From the NCBI RefSeq assembly GCF_009914755.1, contig NC_060934.1: a stretch of 64,000 nt of DNA, one strand, 5' to 3'. Origin of the DNA: the human T2T-CHM13v2.0 reference genome, Homo sapiens. The first letter of the stretch is position 1, and every line of letters starts with the position of its first letter. Below, one piece after another: positions 1 to 14,600 of the stretch. The translations under genes and the position numbers were made by a program. The notes beneath the pieces are model-generated. The model was not told the DNA's origin. It worked only from the letters and a program-made list of their open reading frames with translations, and made no database searches.

Positions 1-468
1 GCATTACACTGGCTTTATTTAGAATCCTGTGCCAGGCAATATAGTTTTGATTAGAAGCTGAACAGTATTATTCTCCATGAACTGTGAATGTGACACTTTT
101 ATAATTCAAGTAGAATTATTTTTCCCTTGGGAAATCCTATACATTCAATATGGTACATTGAATTAGCAAAGAGGTAGAAGAAAAAAGGGGCTATAAAAAG
201 TGTATCTTATTAAAACAAAGTAGGTTTTCTTCTTGCCTGTGTCACCTTTAGATAGTAATTCTTAGCATCACTATTTTTTAAATCACAAATTGTCTTCTAT
301 CTAGTGAAATGATTAAGAAAGAACAGTAGTCCTCATTTGATTAGGTGAAACGTGACACAAGTCTCGTTGATTTTTGAAAAGGACATTTTCATATAATTCC
401 AAGAAATACACATTCTGACATTAAACATTTTATATGATCCCTATTGAAGATTAAAAGGAGAGGTGTTT

Positions 469-790
<322 letters not shown>

Positions 791-879
791 AGAGTTGTTA
801 TGTCTGGGAAATTAGGTGGCCATCAAGTTTTTTCATGGTTTTTCTTTCATTGATTGATTGATTGATTTGATTGACGTAC

Positions 880-1455
880 TGAGACCGAGTCTCACTGTCA
901 CTTAGGCTGTAGTGCAGTGGTGCAATCTTGGCTCACTGTAGCCTTGACCTCCTGGGCTCAAGTGACCCTTCCGCCTCAGCTTCCAAAGTAGCTGGGACTA
1001 TAGGCCAGCACCACCACAGATGGCTAATTTTTGTAATTTTTGTAGAGATATGGTTTCGTCATATATTAGTCTATTTTCACACTGCTATAAAGAACTACCT
1101 GAGACTGGGTAATTTATAAAGAAAAGAGGTTTACTTGACTCACAGTTCCACAGGTTTAACGGAAGCATGATTAGGAGACCTCAGGAAACTTACAGTCATG
1201 GAGGAAGACGAAGGGGAAGCAAGGACCTTCTTCACATGGCGGCAGGAGAGAGAGCGGAGGGGGAAGTGACACACACTTTAAACCATCAGATCTCATGAGA
1301 ACTCACTGTCATGAGAACGGCAAGGGGGAGGTCTGCCCCCGTGATTTAGTCACTTCCCACCATGCCGCTCACCCGACACGTGGGGATTACAATTTGAGAT
1401 GAGATTTGGGTGGGGACACAGAACCAAACCATATCACTCCATGTTGCCCAGGCTG
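880..1455 (-). mobile_element. AluJ-like element (880-1061 and 1437-1455) split by a MaLR LTR
   Basis: Alu antisense sequence stops at ...ggtttcgtca and resumes with ctccatgttgcccaggctg after the LTR; (ATTG)n at 849-874 is tail-derived. Confidence 0.85.
1062..1436 (-). mobile_element. MaLR solo LTR (MSTA/THE1D-like)
   Basis: t(a)tattagtc...ccaaaccatatca termini, typical gagactgggtaatttataaagaaaagagg motif, degenerate 5-bp TSD cgtca/ctcca. Confidence 0.9.
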
Positions 1456-1808
1456 AGTGCTAGATTCCTGTGTGTTATTTTAGGGCACTTTATACTTTTA
1501 TTATTTACCAGTGTTTGAGAAGTTTATGATGGTTCACAAAACTTTCTCTTCCTACGTGGGTCTTATGTGTGTTTTTGAGTGAGCTGATGATACACTCGTG
1601 GCCAGCACTGTTCTGTGCTGTGTTTCTCCACCCAGTGTGTGGACATCTTGCTATGTGCACAGGTAATATGTCCTTCTTACACAGAGGGGTGCAAAGGTTG
1701 AGTCAAATCAGCATCCAAGGAGTTGCTGATAAATTGAGAACTTCCTGACAGCAAGTGACACCAAAACCTCAACTAAAATGATCAGCAAAGATCCATTAAG
1801 AAAATATC

Positions 1809-2289
<481 letters not shown>

Positions 2290-2701
2290 TCATTGGTGGA
2301 GCTGCTCCATTGAAACCCAAGACTCCATTCCAGGCCTGGCCTCAGCCCCATCTCTGCCCAGGGCTGACAGGGGGGCTCCGTCATCTACCCCAGGGCCTGT
2401 GCCTTCCTTCTTCCTCCTGGTGGCATTTCCATGTTGGGGGCCCCTGCTTGTCCCTGGGGTGCAGGAATTCTTAAGCACCTCTGGCATTTTGCTCCTGCCT
2501 TCTTGCCTGGAGTTTCACTGCTGTCTGCAGGCCTTTGAGAACAGAGGCAGGGAGGTGCCAGAAGCCCTTGAGAGTGTGGTGATTAGGGGTTGGATGCCCT
2601 GTGCGAATGGCAAGGAGGATGATTCTTGAAAGAAAATGTCAGGGTAACTTAAATTTCTCTGAGGTCAGCTTGCTTGTTGTTAATTAAGTTCTTACTACGA
2701 G

Positions 2702-3001
2702 GGCCGAGCGCGGTGGCTTATGCCTGTAATCGCAGCACTTTGGGAGGCTGAGGTGGGTGGATCACTTGAGGTCAGGAGTTTGAGACCAACCTGGCCAACA
2801 TGGTGAAGCTCCATATCTACTAAATATACAAAAATTAGCTGGGCGTGGTGGTGGGCTCCTGTAATCCTGGCTACTCAGGAGACCGAGGTGGGAGAATCAC
2901 TTGAACCCAGGAGGCAGAGGTTGCAGTCAGCCGAGATTGCACCACTGCACTCCAGCCTAGGTGACAGAGCGAGACTGTGTCTCAAAATAAAAATAAAAAA
3001 A
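2702..3001 (+). mobile_element. Alu (Sx/Sz-like)
   Basis: Full dimer; TSD aagttcttac. Confidence 0.95.
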
Positions 3002-3989
3002 GTTCTTACCAAGAAAGCAGTGCTAAGTACTTCTCCAGCACTGCTTCATGTCGGTTGGCTTCTCCAGACATGGGCCTCTTTGTGGATGTTATTGGAAAGG
3101 GTAGTGTTTTAATATACGTGCGCTTTTCACATGGATTCAAGGATGGCATGGGTGGGTGGGATTACTCGACTTTATAGCATATTAAGTGCTTATTTGGTGC
3201 CAGTTATGGACTCGTACTGGGCAGATGCCATGAGGAATGTACAGTGGAAGATGTTGGATTCTGACTGCAGGAGAGGAAACCAGGTATTCGACCCCCCAAA
3301 TAGATGACAGATTGTGTGGTACATCACTGCATCATTGGGTGTCCAGACGAGAGATTGCAGGCAAGACAAGGACCTAAAGAAAGTGGCAAGTGCACTGAAA
3401 CCACCAGTTAAGGCCTCCTCAGAGCAGGTTGGACTGCCCTGAGCTTTGAGGGGTGGGTGTGAGTTGAGATGGGGGAGCATTCCATGGAGGGGCAGGAGGG
3501 TATGGATGGGAGGGAGAAGGACAGTGGAAGGAGGTGGTGGGGATGGGTTGTTCTCTTGGGAGCCCAGGGGCAGGAGTGGAGGCAGGCAGCCTCGTTCCAC
3601 CCCTGGTATTCAGAGCCGAGAAAAGGAATTTGGACGAGGAGGTGCTGTGCTAATGAGAGGCAGTATTAGAGATCCTGAGCTGACACACTGGAAATTGACA
3701 TATGGGCTTATTTATTTATTTATTTTATTTATGTTTTAAATAAAGGTTAAGATCTTCCAGAGAAGACATAGGAGGAGAAATGGGCATTATTTTTCCAGGG
3801 GTCTCTTAGTATGTAAATAACCTGAGTTCTTAAAAGTTTTATCTTATAGAATTTTTTTATTAGTTCTTTTATTTTTGTCATGGGAAAAATTCAGAAGCTT
3901 TCCTGGAAACTTGCATGTCTGCTTTCAGAGTTTTGTGGCTCTTACAAGGAGCCCCTTTGGGGGTGTGGGGCAACCTTGCATCCCAGGAA

Positions 3990-4073
3990 GCCGCCTGGGA
4001 GATTCTAGGGCTGGTACCTCCTTTCCACTCAGCTGCCTGGGAGATTCTGGGGTTGGTACCTCCTCTGCATTCA
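3990..4073. repeat. Imperfect 42-bp tandem duplication
   Basis: gccgcctgggagattctagggctggtacctcctttccactca followed by gctgcctgggagattctggggttggtacctcctctgcattca. Confidence 0.85.
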
Positions 4074-4159
4074 GGCTGCCTCCATCAGCTGAAGAGGCGA
4101 GAGTGTCATAACATGACATTCTGTGTATGCGCAATGTATTTGTAGAAGATACTGATCTT

Positions 4160-4436
4160 TGGATCCGGCAATCCCATTCCTGGGTATCTACCCAGAGGAA
4201 AAGAAGTCATTATATGAAAAAGATACTTGTACATGCATGTTTACAGCAGCACAATTCACAATTACAAAAATTGTGGAACCAGCCCAAATGCCCATCAGTC
4301 AACAAGTAGATAAAGAACATGATGGAGTACTACTTAGCCATAAAAAGGAATGAATTAAGGGCATTTACAGCAACCTGGATGGAGTTGGAGACCATTATTC
4401 TAAGCGAAGTAACTCAGGAATGGAAAACCAAACATG
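4160..4436 (+). mobile_element. L1 (L1PB-like) ORF2 C-terminal/3' fragment
   Basis: Translates to DPAIPFLGIYPEEKKS...CTCMFTAAQFTI and WMELETIILSEVTQEWKTKH, typical of the L1 ORF2 end. Confidence 0.9.
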
Positions 4437-5185
4437 GAATCTCCTCTTCATCCTTTTTCTGTCTGCCTTTCCTTGTTCTCATACTTAAAGACAGCGTGTT
4501 GGGAGCGGTATATTGCTGTTGTTTTTGTCTTCTCCAATCTGACCACCTATGTCTTTTATTTGGAGTATTTAATCCCTTGCTTTTTGTTTGTTTAATAATC
4601 CCTTTATAAAACAGCTGAATTATAAATTGATGGATAAATTTATAGATGTTGAAAGGCACAAATCTGAAGTATGCAGCTTAATCAGGTTTGACAAATGCTG
4701 ACACTCATGTAACCCACACTGGCATGTTTGCACCAGATTAAAGAACATCTCCATCACCAGTCTCTGAACATTGGATGCATTTACCGGTGGTGTTGGGTAT
4801 ATTTCTTCCATACTCCCGTCTGGAATCTGAACCTCTTGATCCCATTTGCCTCAGCAACTCTGACTCCTTCAGACTGAAACTTTCTATCCCACAGTATTTT
4901 CTTGTTTCCATCAAGAAAGGAAGAGATTTAAACTCTGTTCTGCAATTCTGTCTGCATTTCCTCTCTGGAATCCTTCTCTCTCTCCAAACAAAGTGGTTAC
5001 CTCTTTAAAATAGGCAGTGAACATCAAGGAAAACCTTGCATAGGCTGAAAAGGGCAAAGTGCTCACCTTTGCTTGCATTGGGAAGTAATTTCTTTTAAGT
5101 GTGCATAGAGACAGACTAATAAAAAAATCTGTTGAGTGTGTCATGTGGCAGTCAGTCTTTAGAAGTGTTGTTCCTTTGTCTTTTA

Positions 5186-5554
<369 letters not shown>

Positions 5555-6830
5555 TCATTTTTTTTTGACTGTGTTAAATTCAGTGGAGCAAGGTCTCATT
5601 TATATCCTCCTTATTCATAATTTGGGGTAATTAGCATAGTGGTTGGGCTGCCATTCACCTCTTACAGCTAGGAAAATGAGGCTTTGCGAGAGGAATGCAA
5701 AAATATAAACAGGATTAAGTCATTGATGGCATGCTCATACTTCCTAGGAGAATTAAGTCTTTTCAGGTACCACAGTATGTATGAGTCCTTCTTAACTCTC
5801 ATTTCCACCAGATCTCCACCAAGGAGTTTAGAACTGATGGACTCCAAGTCTCCCTCTGGATGAGACATTCTGAGTTCTTGCCAATATCATGCTAAGCTGG
5901 GTTGATAATTTCCTTTGAAAAATTTCCTTTGAAAATGAGTAGCATTTCATCTTTTGGAAATTTATCATTCTTCAGACTTTTCACTGACCTGTCCCCTCCC
6001 ATAGCCGACCCCCTCCTGTACCCCAGGGTTTGATTGATATTTGCTTTTGTATTGTAATTACTATTTAATATCCAGCCCTCCTGAGGTTTGCTTCACTGCA
6101 GTCACATTGTATTGCAAGCAGAAAATGTCACGTCGCCTGGAGCTGTTGGGGTAGTGTGGTTGTGGTCCTTTGGGTATTTCCTGGCACACCTGGCTCATGA
6201 CATCGTGCAGAGCTGAACAGGCTCTAGGAGGAGGAAGGAAACCTTGCCTGGGTACTTAAAATTATCTATCACAGTGGATCCTGAGTCTGCCTCTCAGCCT
6301 GTCTTGAATGCCAGGCTATTATAAATCAGCTTTATTTATTTTGTGTTTGAATTTTGACTTTCCTGTTCAATAATTTAATATTTTAAAATGACACCTTTGG
6401 TCTTTTATTTGTCATAAGCGAGGGCCGAGTTAGCCACCCTGCAATTTGCCTCTGTACTCTCCGCCCCCCAGTGTGTAGTCGTTAGCTCATAATTGTTTTC
6501 TTAACCTCCTCAGAGCCTGGTGTGATCTTGCTCTCAACCTTCTTGACCTTCCAAGGTAGTTAAATGAGGTTTTGCTTTCTCTATGAATTAATTATGTCAT
6601 CTCTATTTGAAATGTTCCTGAACCCATGGTGCTGTATTTTGGCAAAATAAATACTATTTTCAGAGACTGTAAGACCCATCCATTTTATTTCCTTTTATTA
6701 GAAGATAGAACGATTTTCTTAGATGAGCAGTTATCAGCTGATGTTCACCTTCTTGGAGGAAGGGACTGCTGGCGGTTTTACTTCAAATGCAGCCATTTGA
6801 AGTATCTGATTTGGAACATTCCATACCTGG

Positions 6831-6914
6831 TGCAGAGGCCACTTGTTTCTACAGGTTTGTCCTGGTGGTCTGTCCTCTGTGCCATTGAACTCCCAGAGTC
6901 CTCTGCAGAGGACA
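6831..6914 (+). repeat. 84-bp dispersed direct repeat, copy 1 (copy 2 at 8597-8680)
   Basis: Manual alignment gives 78/84 identity with no gaps. Confidence 0.9.
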
Positions 6915-7888
6915 TGTAATAATTCTTGCCTATTAATTTGTGGACCCTGTATGTGGGGCTTTTTTTTTTTTTGCCTGTTTGAGACTTCCTGCCTTTAGGA
7001 GTAGACAATGACCTTTCATACGTTTAATGCTTCTGTTGTTCTCAAGTTTGAGAATGTGGTGTGTCCCCTGGGTCCCCTCCTTACATGAAATCCAACCCAA
7101 AGGGTCAGTGTGTTTCTTGTGTGTTTCTGTCTTCACTCCTCTGTCCGCTTTCATCTCTTTCCTGGTGAGTCTCTGCCCTGTCATAAGCAAATAACCTTAG
7201 TTGTTTCCTCCCCAGTAATGGTGGCTTCAATTGCTGTGGATTTCCTGGCCTGATTTCAAGGCTAGGGGAAAATGCCTGTGTCCTGGTTCAGAACAGGCAG
7301 TCTCTTTATTTCTTCTGTCTTGCCGTGGACAAATAGAATCGTGGCCCTTACGAGTTCTTTCTAAAAAAATCACCTTTATTGAGGTAAAATTTATATGAAC
7401 AAAAAAATAGAACCATTTGAAGTATCTGATTTTGGATCATTTTGAAAATGTCCCAAATGTCCTCTCGTCACCACCGTAATCAAGAGCTGGAACATTTCGC
7501 CACCCCAGTGATCTCCCTTTGCTGGCCCCTGGCGATGCTCATACATGTGGTGGTTCTTCACGCGAAAGCAGCTGACCTCAAAGAGGGTGAACATGAGCCC
7601 TGCTTTCCTTTCCTCTTTGACTTCCTCTCTGATCCATCCCTAAACTACAGGATTTTGTCATGTTAGTTCCTATTTTCTATTACCATGAATGACTGTTGGC
7701 GCCTCAGGCTGGGGAAGGTTAATTGTAGTAACAAAGAAGAGGTTTTCCTGGCAGGAACCATTTCCTTACTCAGGAAACAAACGCTTTCCTTTCTCACAGT
7801 CATCTTCTCCTTCTTATGTAAGTAGAAATATTAAGCCATACTCAGTCTGTCCAGGTCCTGAGAATTGGTGTCTGCCCGGGTCTGGGTT

Positions 7889-8267
7889 TGTATTAGTCTA
7901 TTCTCACGCTGCCAATAAAGACACACCTTAGACTGGGTCATGTATAAAGAAAAAGAGGCTTAATTTAAGGGACTCACAGTTCCACATGGCTGGGGAGGCC
8001 TCACAATCATGGCGGAAGGTGAAGGAGTAGCCAAGGCATGTCTTACATGGCGGCAGGCAAGAGAGCGTGTGCAGGAGAACTGCCCTTTATAAAACCGTCA
8101 GATCACATGAGACTTATTCACTATCATACTGTCATGAGAACAGCATGGGAAAAACCCATCCCCATGATTCAGTTACCTCCCACCGAGTCCCTCCCACAAT
8201 ACATGGGGATGATGGGAGCTACAATTAAAGATGCAATTTGGGTGGGGAGACAGCCCAAACCATATCA
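7889..8267 (-). mobile_element. THE1 (B/C-like) solo LTR
   Basis: tgtattagtc...aaaccatatca termini; perfect 5-bp TSD gggtt (7884-7888 and 8268-8272). Confidence 0.93.
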
Positions 8268-8596
8268 GGGTTGCAGAGGCTTATGTGGGAGGATCAAGAG
8301 TGACAGCAACTGTCTGGCTGGAGGGGAAGGAGACAGAACCTGTCCCTGGGCCTTCGTCTCCTTTCCCCGTGCCCCACACCTAGCCCTGGGGAGCCCGATT
8401 CCCTCCTCACACTCCCTTGGCTCCCTTCTTGTCTCTGTACACAGCCCCAAGCACAAAACGACTGCTCATTTTCCTGGCCATGCTGTGCTTTGCTGTCTCC
8501 ATGTCTTTGTGAGCAGGGATCTTTCTCCTTGGAAGGCCTGTTCTCTTCCTGTCTTCCAGGACATCTGCCTGTCAGCAGTCAGCCTTCTATATCCAC

Positions 8597-8680
8597 TGCA
8601 GAGGCCATTTGTTTCTGCAGATTTGTCCTGGTGGCCTGTCCTCTGTGCCATTGGACTCCCAGAGTCCTCTGCAAAGGACA
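8597..8680 (+). repeat. 84-bp dispersed direct repeat, copy 2
   Basis: Matches 6831-6914. Confidence 0.9.
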
Positions 8681-11066
8681 CCATGTTTTCATTAAACACA
8701 TAGAGGAGGCATGTTGGCAAATGTCATTTGCAGATCTGTCTTCTCTAGCAGGGCAATGCTCTTGGCCATTGAACATTTTGCCTGGCATGCCACAGGTTCC
8801 AACACTTTCTGGACAAATGAATAAGTGAACTGGAGATCAGTAAGTTATTTTGAAAATGCACCTGCTGTGGCATTTGAGGAGATGTAAAATACCTGGTGCC
8901 CTCCCTTCCCAGGACCCCTCCAAGCTGGACGAGCAGTCCTGGCTCCTTGGTGGGGCATTGTCTGGTGAGCCTTGAGGGCGTGCTTGGGTGCCAGCGATCT
9001 CCCCACCCTTTGCTTTGTTAGTTTTTGCTCCTGACCTACTGCTTTGATTTGAGAAACCCTTCGGCTATTAAAATATGAGTTAATCATCTAAGAAACTCAC
9101 TAACTGAACTTCATAGTGAGGAAGTATGCTTCCTGTTGATAGATAATAAAACAGAGTGGAATAATTTGAATTCTTTATAATGGATGTGATTATAAATGAT
9201 TTCCCCATTTACTCATATAAAAGGCTAAATGGAAGATGATTAGTGAGTTCTGTTTTCTGTTTTTCCTAAGGTGATTTTTTAATCTTCCCAACAAATTCCT
9301 GCGATACAGGGAAGAAAAAGAAAAACCCATTAAAATTTGCTTAAAATCTTTAAGAAGCCATTTAAAGCTTCAGAACTGAGTAATCTTTCTGCCCCCTTAG
9401 TATATTATGGCACAGGAGAGAAAACAAATTACAGGCAACCACTCTACCTTGCTTTAACGTAGGGTTAGGATTGCTTGACATCTTCTGATCACATTATTGT
9501 GCTGCTGATACTTGTCATAAATGTAGTGATGAGATTCTGGATGTAAAAATATTTATAATTTCCCATCTCTTGTTATCCCTAAAAAATTAATATTTGTAAT
9601 GGGTCTAAATCCTTCTAAATCCCATTATTTAATATTGTTCTGCAATTTGATGATTAAAGAATTGTTATTTTTTTACCTCCTTTATCCTTAAATCCTTCAC
9701 CCATAATCTCCTGTTTATAATTGCAGGTGTCTAATGATTCATAATTAGTTAATTCTTGGTTGGTGAGTGATTGTTTCATATTGCAATTAGGAAGATCATG
9801 CATAAAGCCATTTCTAGTTAAATGTGTGTATGTTCTTTACCAGGCTTGTGTTCAAGAGTTCTGTAGTTACCACGTTATAGTAATCTCTGACCTTATTTTT
9901 GTTAAGCAAAGACATCTGGTTCAAAGACCCTCTCTCACCAGCAAGCGGTTCTCATTCAATCTAAGCATGTTGAAAAAGGCCCTTTCCCTAAATGGGCTTG
10001 GGAGCAATACTGGGGTCGTGGCTGTCCTCAGGGTGTCTGAGCGCTTCTTTGGTAGTCTGCAGGGGAAAATACCAACACTGGTAATGCCCCATTCAGATGC
10101 AGTATTCTGTCCAACAAGGCACAATTGCCTGCCTGGGAATAGGAGGCTGAGATACCATTGATTGTTTCCTATGTCACTTGTCAAGTGGAACACAACACAA
10201 GTGAATGTCTGCACAAAATGTACTTTGCTATACCTTTCTAACGGGTTTACATGAGGGAATGGAGCTCAAACTTCACAGGATATTCTATGCAGAGTAGGTC
10301 TTACCCTAGGGATGCTCCTGCTGCTCTCACTCCACCTGTCCTCCACCCACCAAGGCACAGAGACTCCAGCAAATGTGAGGAAGAGGGTGGGGATTGGTTG
10401 ATGGGCAGAGCTGGCTCTGTGAAAGGGGGTTAATCTGAGGCATCTTACCTCCTGAAGACTTGGGTGATGGGAGGGAGATGTTTCTGGAGCCCAGGGCAGC
10501 TACTGTGGCATTGAGACCACCTTAGCCTGGGTTGGCATGGAAGACTGGAAATCTTGCCTTTATTCCTGTCTTGTTCGTTGTCCTCTGATTGAATCTCTGC
10601 GTTTTAGCCCATTGTCTTCCCAAAGCTTGATTCTCACCTCTTCCTCTCAACTCCTGGCCTCTGTAATAATGGAGAAGCCTTGGGCCTGGAATTTGGAGGG
10701 GAAGAAAGGGAGGTTAAGAATCCTTATCTTTTTGCTTTCTTCATTATGTGGCTTCCTCGATCTTTTTGTACAACAGTAAGCAGGCTTTTATGAACTAGTA
10801 GATATTAAAAACCACATCAGTGCCAACTAAACAAATTATATCCACCAGATACTTTTGAGCCCTCTGGTATGTGCCAGGCAATATTCTAGGCATGGAGCTC
10901 TATCAGTGGGCAGGGGGTACAGGTGGCAGTAATATACAGCTGACCTTATGTTCTCATCATGGCAAAGAGACAGTAGAGAATTGCATTATCCATCAGTTAG
11001 GGATAAAACAACAAATACCCACTGCTGTTTATTATCTCTGTCCTCTTATTTAAGAAAGGAACTCTT

Positions 11067-11357
<291 letters not shown>

Positions 11358-11574
11358 AAGAAAGGAACTCTTTGCCTTCTTAGAGCAGGAGGGAACTGAG
11401 TTCTTCATAGAGAACAGATCTAAATTATAGAAGCCATTATTATTATTTTTCACCATTTTTCTTATTGTATCACAGTCCAGTTGTGGGACATTGTGGATCA
11501 CTGCAGGCTGCACACAGGCATTTGGGAGGCATGACTTCTTTCTGGGTACTGTGCCTTTTTAAAGCCTTTGGTGA

Positions 11575-11690
11575 TTTTATTCATACTTGCTTTCATTCAA
11601 CAAATGTTTTCCAGCACCAACTGAAGGCCAGATGCTATGGGAGGTGCTGGAAAGGTATTAGAGCCTCATCTCTTCAGGAGTTCGTGACTC
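11575..11690 (-). mobile_element. L2 3'-end fragment
   Basis: cattcaacaaatgttt...gccagatgctatgggaggtgctgg resembles the antisense L2 3' terminus. Confidence 0.55.
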
Positions 11691-14600
11691 GGTGCGGGGA
11701 TGCAAGAGGGATTCAGTGAGGGAGACACACCCCCCGCCCCTTACAGTCCTGTTCTGTGCTGCTGTTGGATGAAACTGCTCTGCAGGTCTTAGGAACCAGC
11801 CCTGGAAACCCCACCTCCCATCCCCCCACCCCCGGTGCAGGAAGGGAACTTAGTCTTCATTATGTGACCACCCACTTATGTAGACTTCCCACATTTCCCC
11901 CCAAATTAGTCCCCAGGAGCTGAGTAACCTTCTCTTTGAGTCCTTATAACATTTTTATCTGAAATGCAAAAACACATTTGCTTGAAACCTCCATGCTAGT
12001 TTGGCATGATTTTAGAAGTTACCTGGCAGAATGAATACAAAAGAAGCAAAGAAATTTAACATGAACTTGGCATTTTCTTGCTGGCATGAACATAATTATT
12101 GGATGTCATTATAAATAAACCTTTTAAAAGTCACTTTAAAAATAGAATAATTGGCTACATTGCAGAGATCATGAAAGATCATGAATATGTATATAACAGT
12201 TAATTAAAAAAAACTGCTAATATTATTTAAATGGGTGATTGTGGCTTGGGAAAAATTTTTCTGTGGTTCTTAAAAAGTCCCGTGTCTTAAGCACTTCAGA
12301 TTGACGTAAAATGATGACGAAAATGGGTCTTGGTGATGATGGAGACACTCACGTCAAAGGGACATGTAAAAAGTTAGTGTAAAATAGTTTTATGAAATGG
12401 AGAGTGGACGAAACTACTTTAATATTCCTATACATGAATATTAGATAGGCATGCATAATTAAATTAATAACGTGTTTTAGTAGGCACTTGGCTTTTATCT
12501 GTATCTATAAAAGTGTAAATACTTGAGGTGGCCAAAACTTGACATTTTCTCATTGTAATGCAATTCTTATTTAATCCAGAGTCACCTCACTCATAGGGAC
12601 AGAAAGCATTTCTATAGAGCGGGATTGGTAGAAGAGGGGTTCATGGACTACATAAGCCTCCAGAAGGCCAGGGGATGTGGTCAGGCTGGTGGAAGGAAAA
12701 GCACTCTGCAGCTTGTTCTTAGAGCACCAGGTTTATTAAATATCTAAGTGGGCATTTTTCTAAACGAGTGACTTTCTTCATGATATGTGTGTGCTGAATT
12801 CAAACTATACTTGGCAAAGTAATGTGAGTTTTCAGGAGATGGGCTTATAATTTTTCATGCAGCAGAGGGAGCATCAGCTTCTCAAGTGGATGCTGAGAAG
12901 TTCTGTGATGTTTAGAGAATCCAGTTAGATGGCTCACTGTTTTATGACATTGAACCTAGTTTTGACTGAGTCACAGAAATTCATGCCGGGCTCAGACGCT
13001 GATGCTAACAGGGGCAGGGGAGTGGAGTAGAGGGGTGCTGCTTTGTGGACCTATCTTGGGGAGAATATTGGGTAGAGTGTTGGTCCCCGGAGCCTTTAGG
13101 GTAGATTGTGGTCCTGCGGGCACTTCCAGAAAACAGTCAGCGGCTAACCTGGGGTGGGCGAGGGAGACTCCTTAAAGTTAGACCACAGTCCCCATTCTCA
13201 AGAAACATCCCCCACTCTTGCTGAAGTGTCCCTGTGCAGTTTAGGGTAGTAGCCAAGCCTTGATGAGGTTACTCTGATGAAATGTAAGTAGCATTGTAGA
13301 ACTAGGAATTGGCATCATTTAGGACCATTTACCCGAAGTAGAACCAAAATAATTTGGTATTAATTGGTCATTAAATAGATAAGGAAACTTTGGCTACAAA
13401 TACACATCTTGGAATTACATGGGGACTCTCACCCTGGACTTCCTTTGTCATAGCTTTATTTTTATACACAATTGTATTGATCAAATTCTAGACCTTACAA
13501 GCTCCACAGCTGAATTATTTAATTCTCTCTGATGATCGTCTCAATTCATTTTCCAATAAATGTAATTATTTTCTTGCCAGCGTTCGTATTTAATTGCTAA
13601 GTTTTCTCTGATTTGCTCTAAATCATCTTTTACAAATGCGTAGTGAAAGGCAGCAGGTTTTCTCTTCTGATGGTGGCAATTATAAATGTAATTTTATTTA
13701 ACTTGATAACCAGTTCGCTGCCACCAAGGGCCTCATATTTTTCTTTATCATATGTTTGGGCACACTGTGAAATCATCAAACACCAAACCTTTTATAAATT
13801 GGATGTGCATGCTTTTGTCCTTTTCGCTTATTATTGTACTGTTTACCGTCGTCTTCTGTGACATTTTCTCTTGCCTTCAGTCAATTTTGGAAGCAGGCAC
13901 ATTCTTCTGCAACAAAACACCATTTTTTTCTTGATTGTAAGCAGAGATGTCATTCCCGTGCTTGTGTTAGATATACCCTTAGAAATTATTAAAAGCTGTC
14001 CAGCTGCCTAGTGGTTATGTGCATGGTAGATACCTCAACTGTGTTTGTTTCGTTTGTCCTGGATATATGTCTCTGAACTCTTGCTTTTATTGAAATTAAT
14101 CTCTTGTTTCTGTTACTGTCTCTGAAAATAACAATGATTATGGTGCTTTTTAAGTAACTCACAATGTGTTTAAACTATGTGGGAAAGAGAATGTGAAAGG
14201 TATGTTATATTTATTTTAATGTTGCCCCTCAAAATGAACTGGAAGCCGGGTTTTGGGAGGATTCCATTTAAATGCATTTATGCTGACCTTTTCATGATTC
14301 TCATGTTTAATTGTATTGCACTTCAGAGTCACCCAGCCTGAAAGGGACTTAGAATCCCATGGTTGCCAGTTGGTGTATGACTGCGCCTCCCTCAGTGGTC
14401 AAAACTGAGATTAAAAAGAAAGGGAAAGCCCTGTATTTGGAAGGTTATATCCAGAGGAGTTCAGCACCCCTCAGAGTCTAAGGGGCTTCCTGGTGATACG
14501 GCCCCACCGCTGCAGAGAAATGCCCCCAGCCTCCCTACTTAGTGCACCAGGGGTCTGGAACCCTCTCTCCCTAACACCCAAGACCATCCATAGCTCGGTC

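Noticed and set aside
5908-5935. Very short tandem duplications (aatttcctttgaaa x2; also near 12166, 19391 and 40209)
   Set aside because: Ordinary replication-slippage products at the expected background frequency.
8038-8703. 221-aa ORF
   Set aside because: The N-terminal third is antisense THE1 LTR sequence and the rest shows no protein family resemblance or exon structure; a chance ORF.
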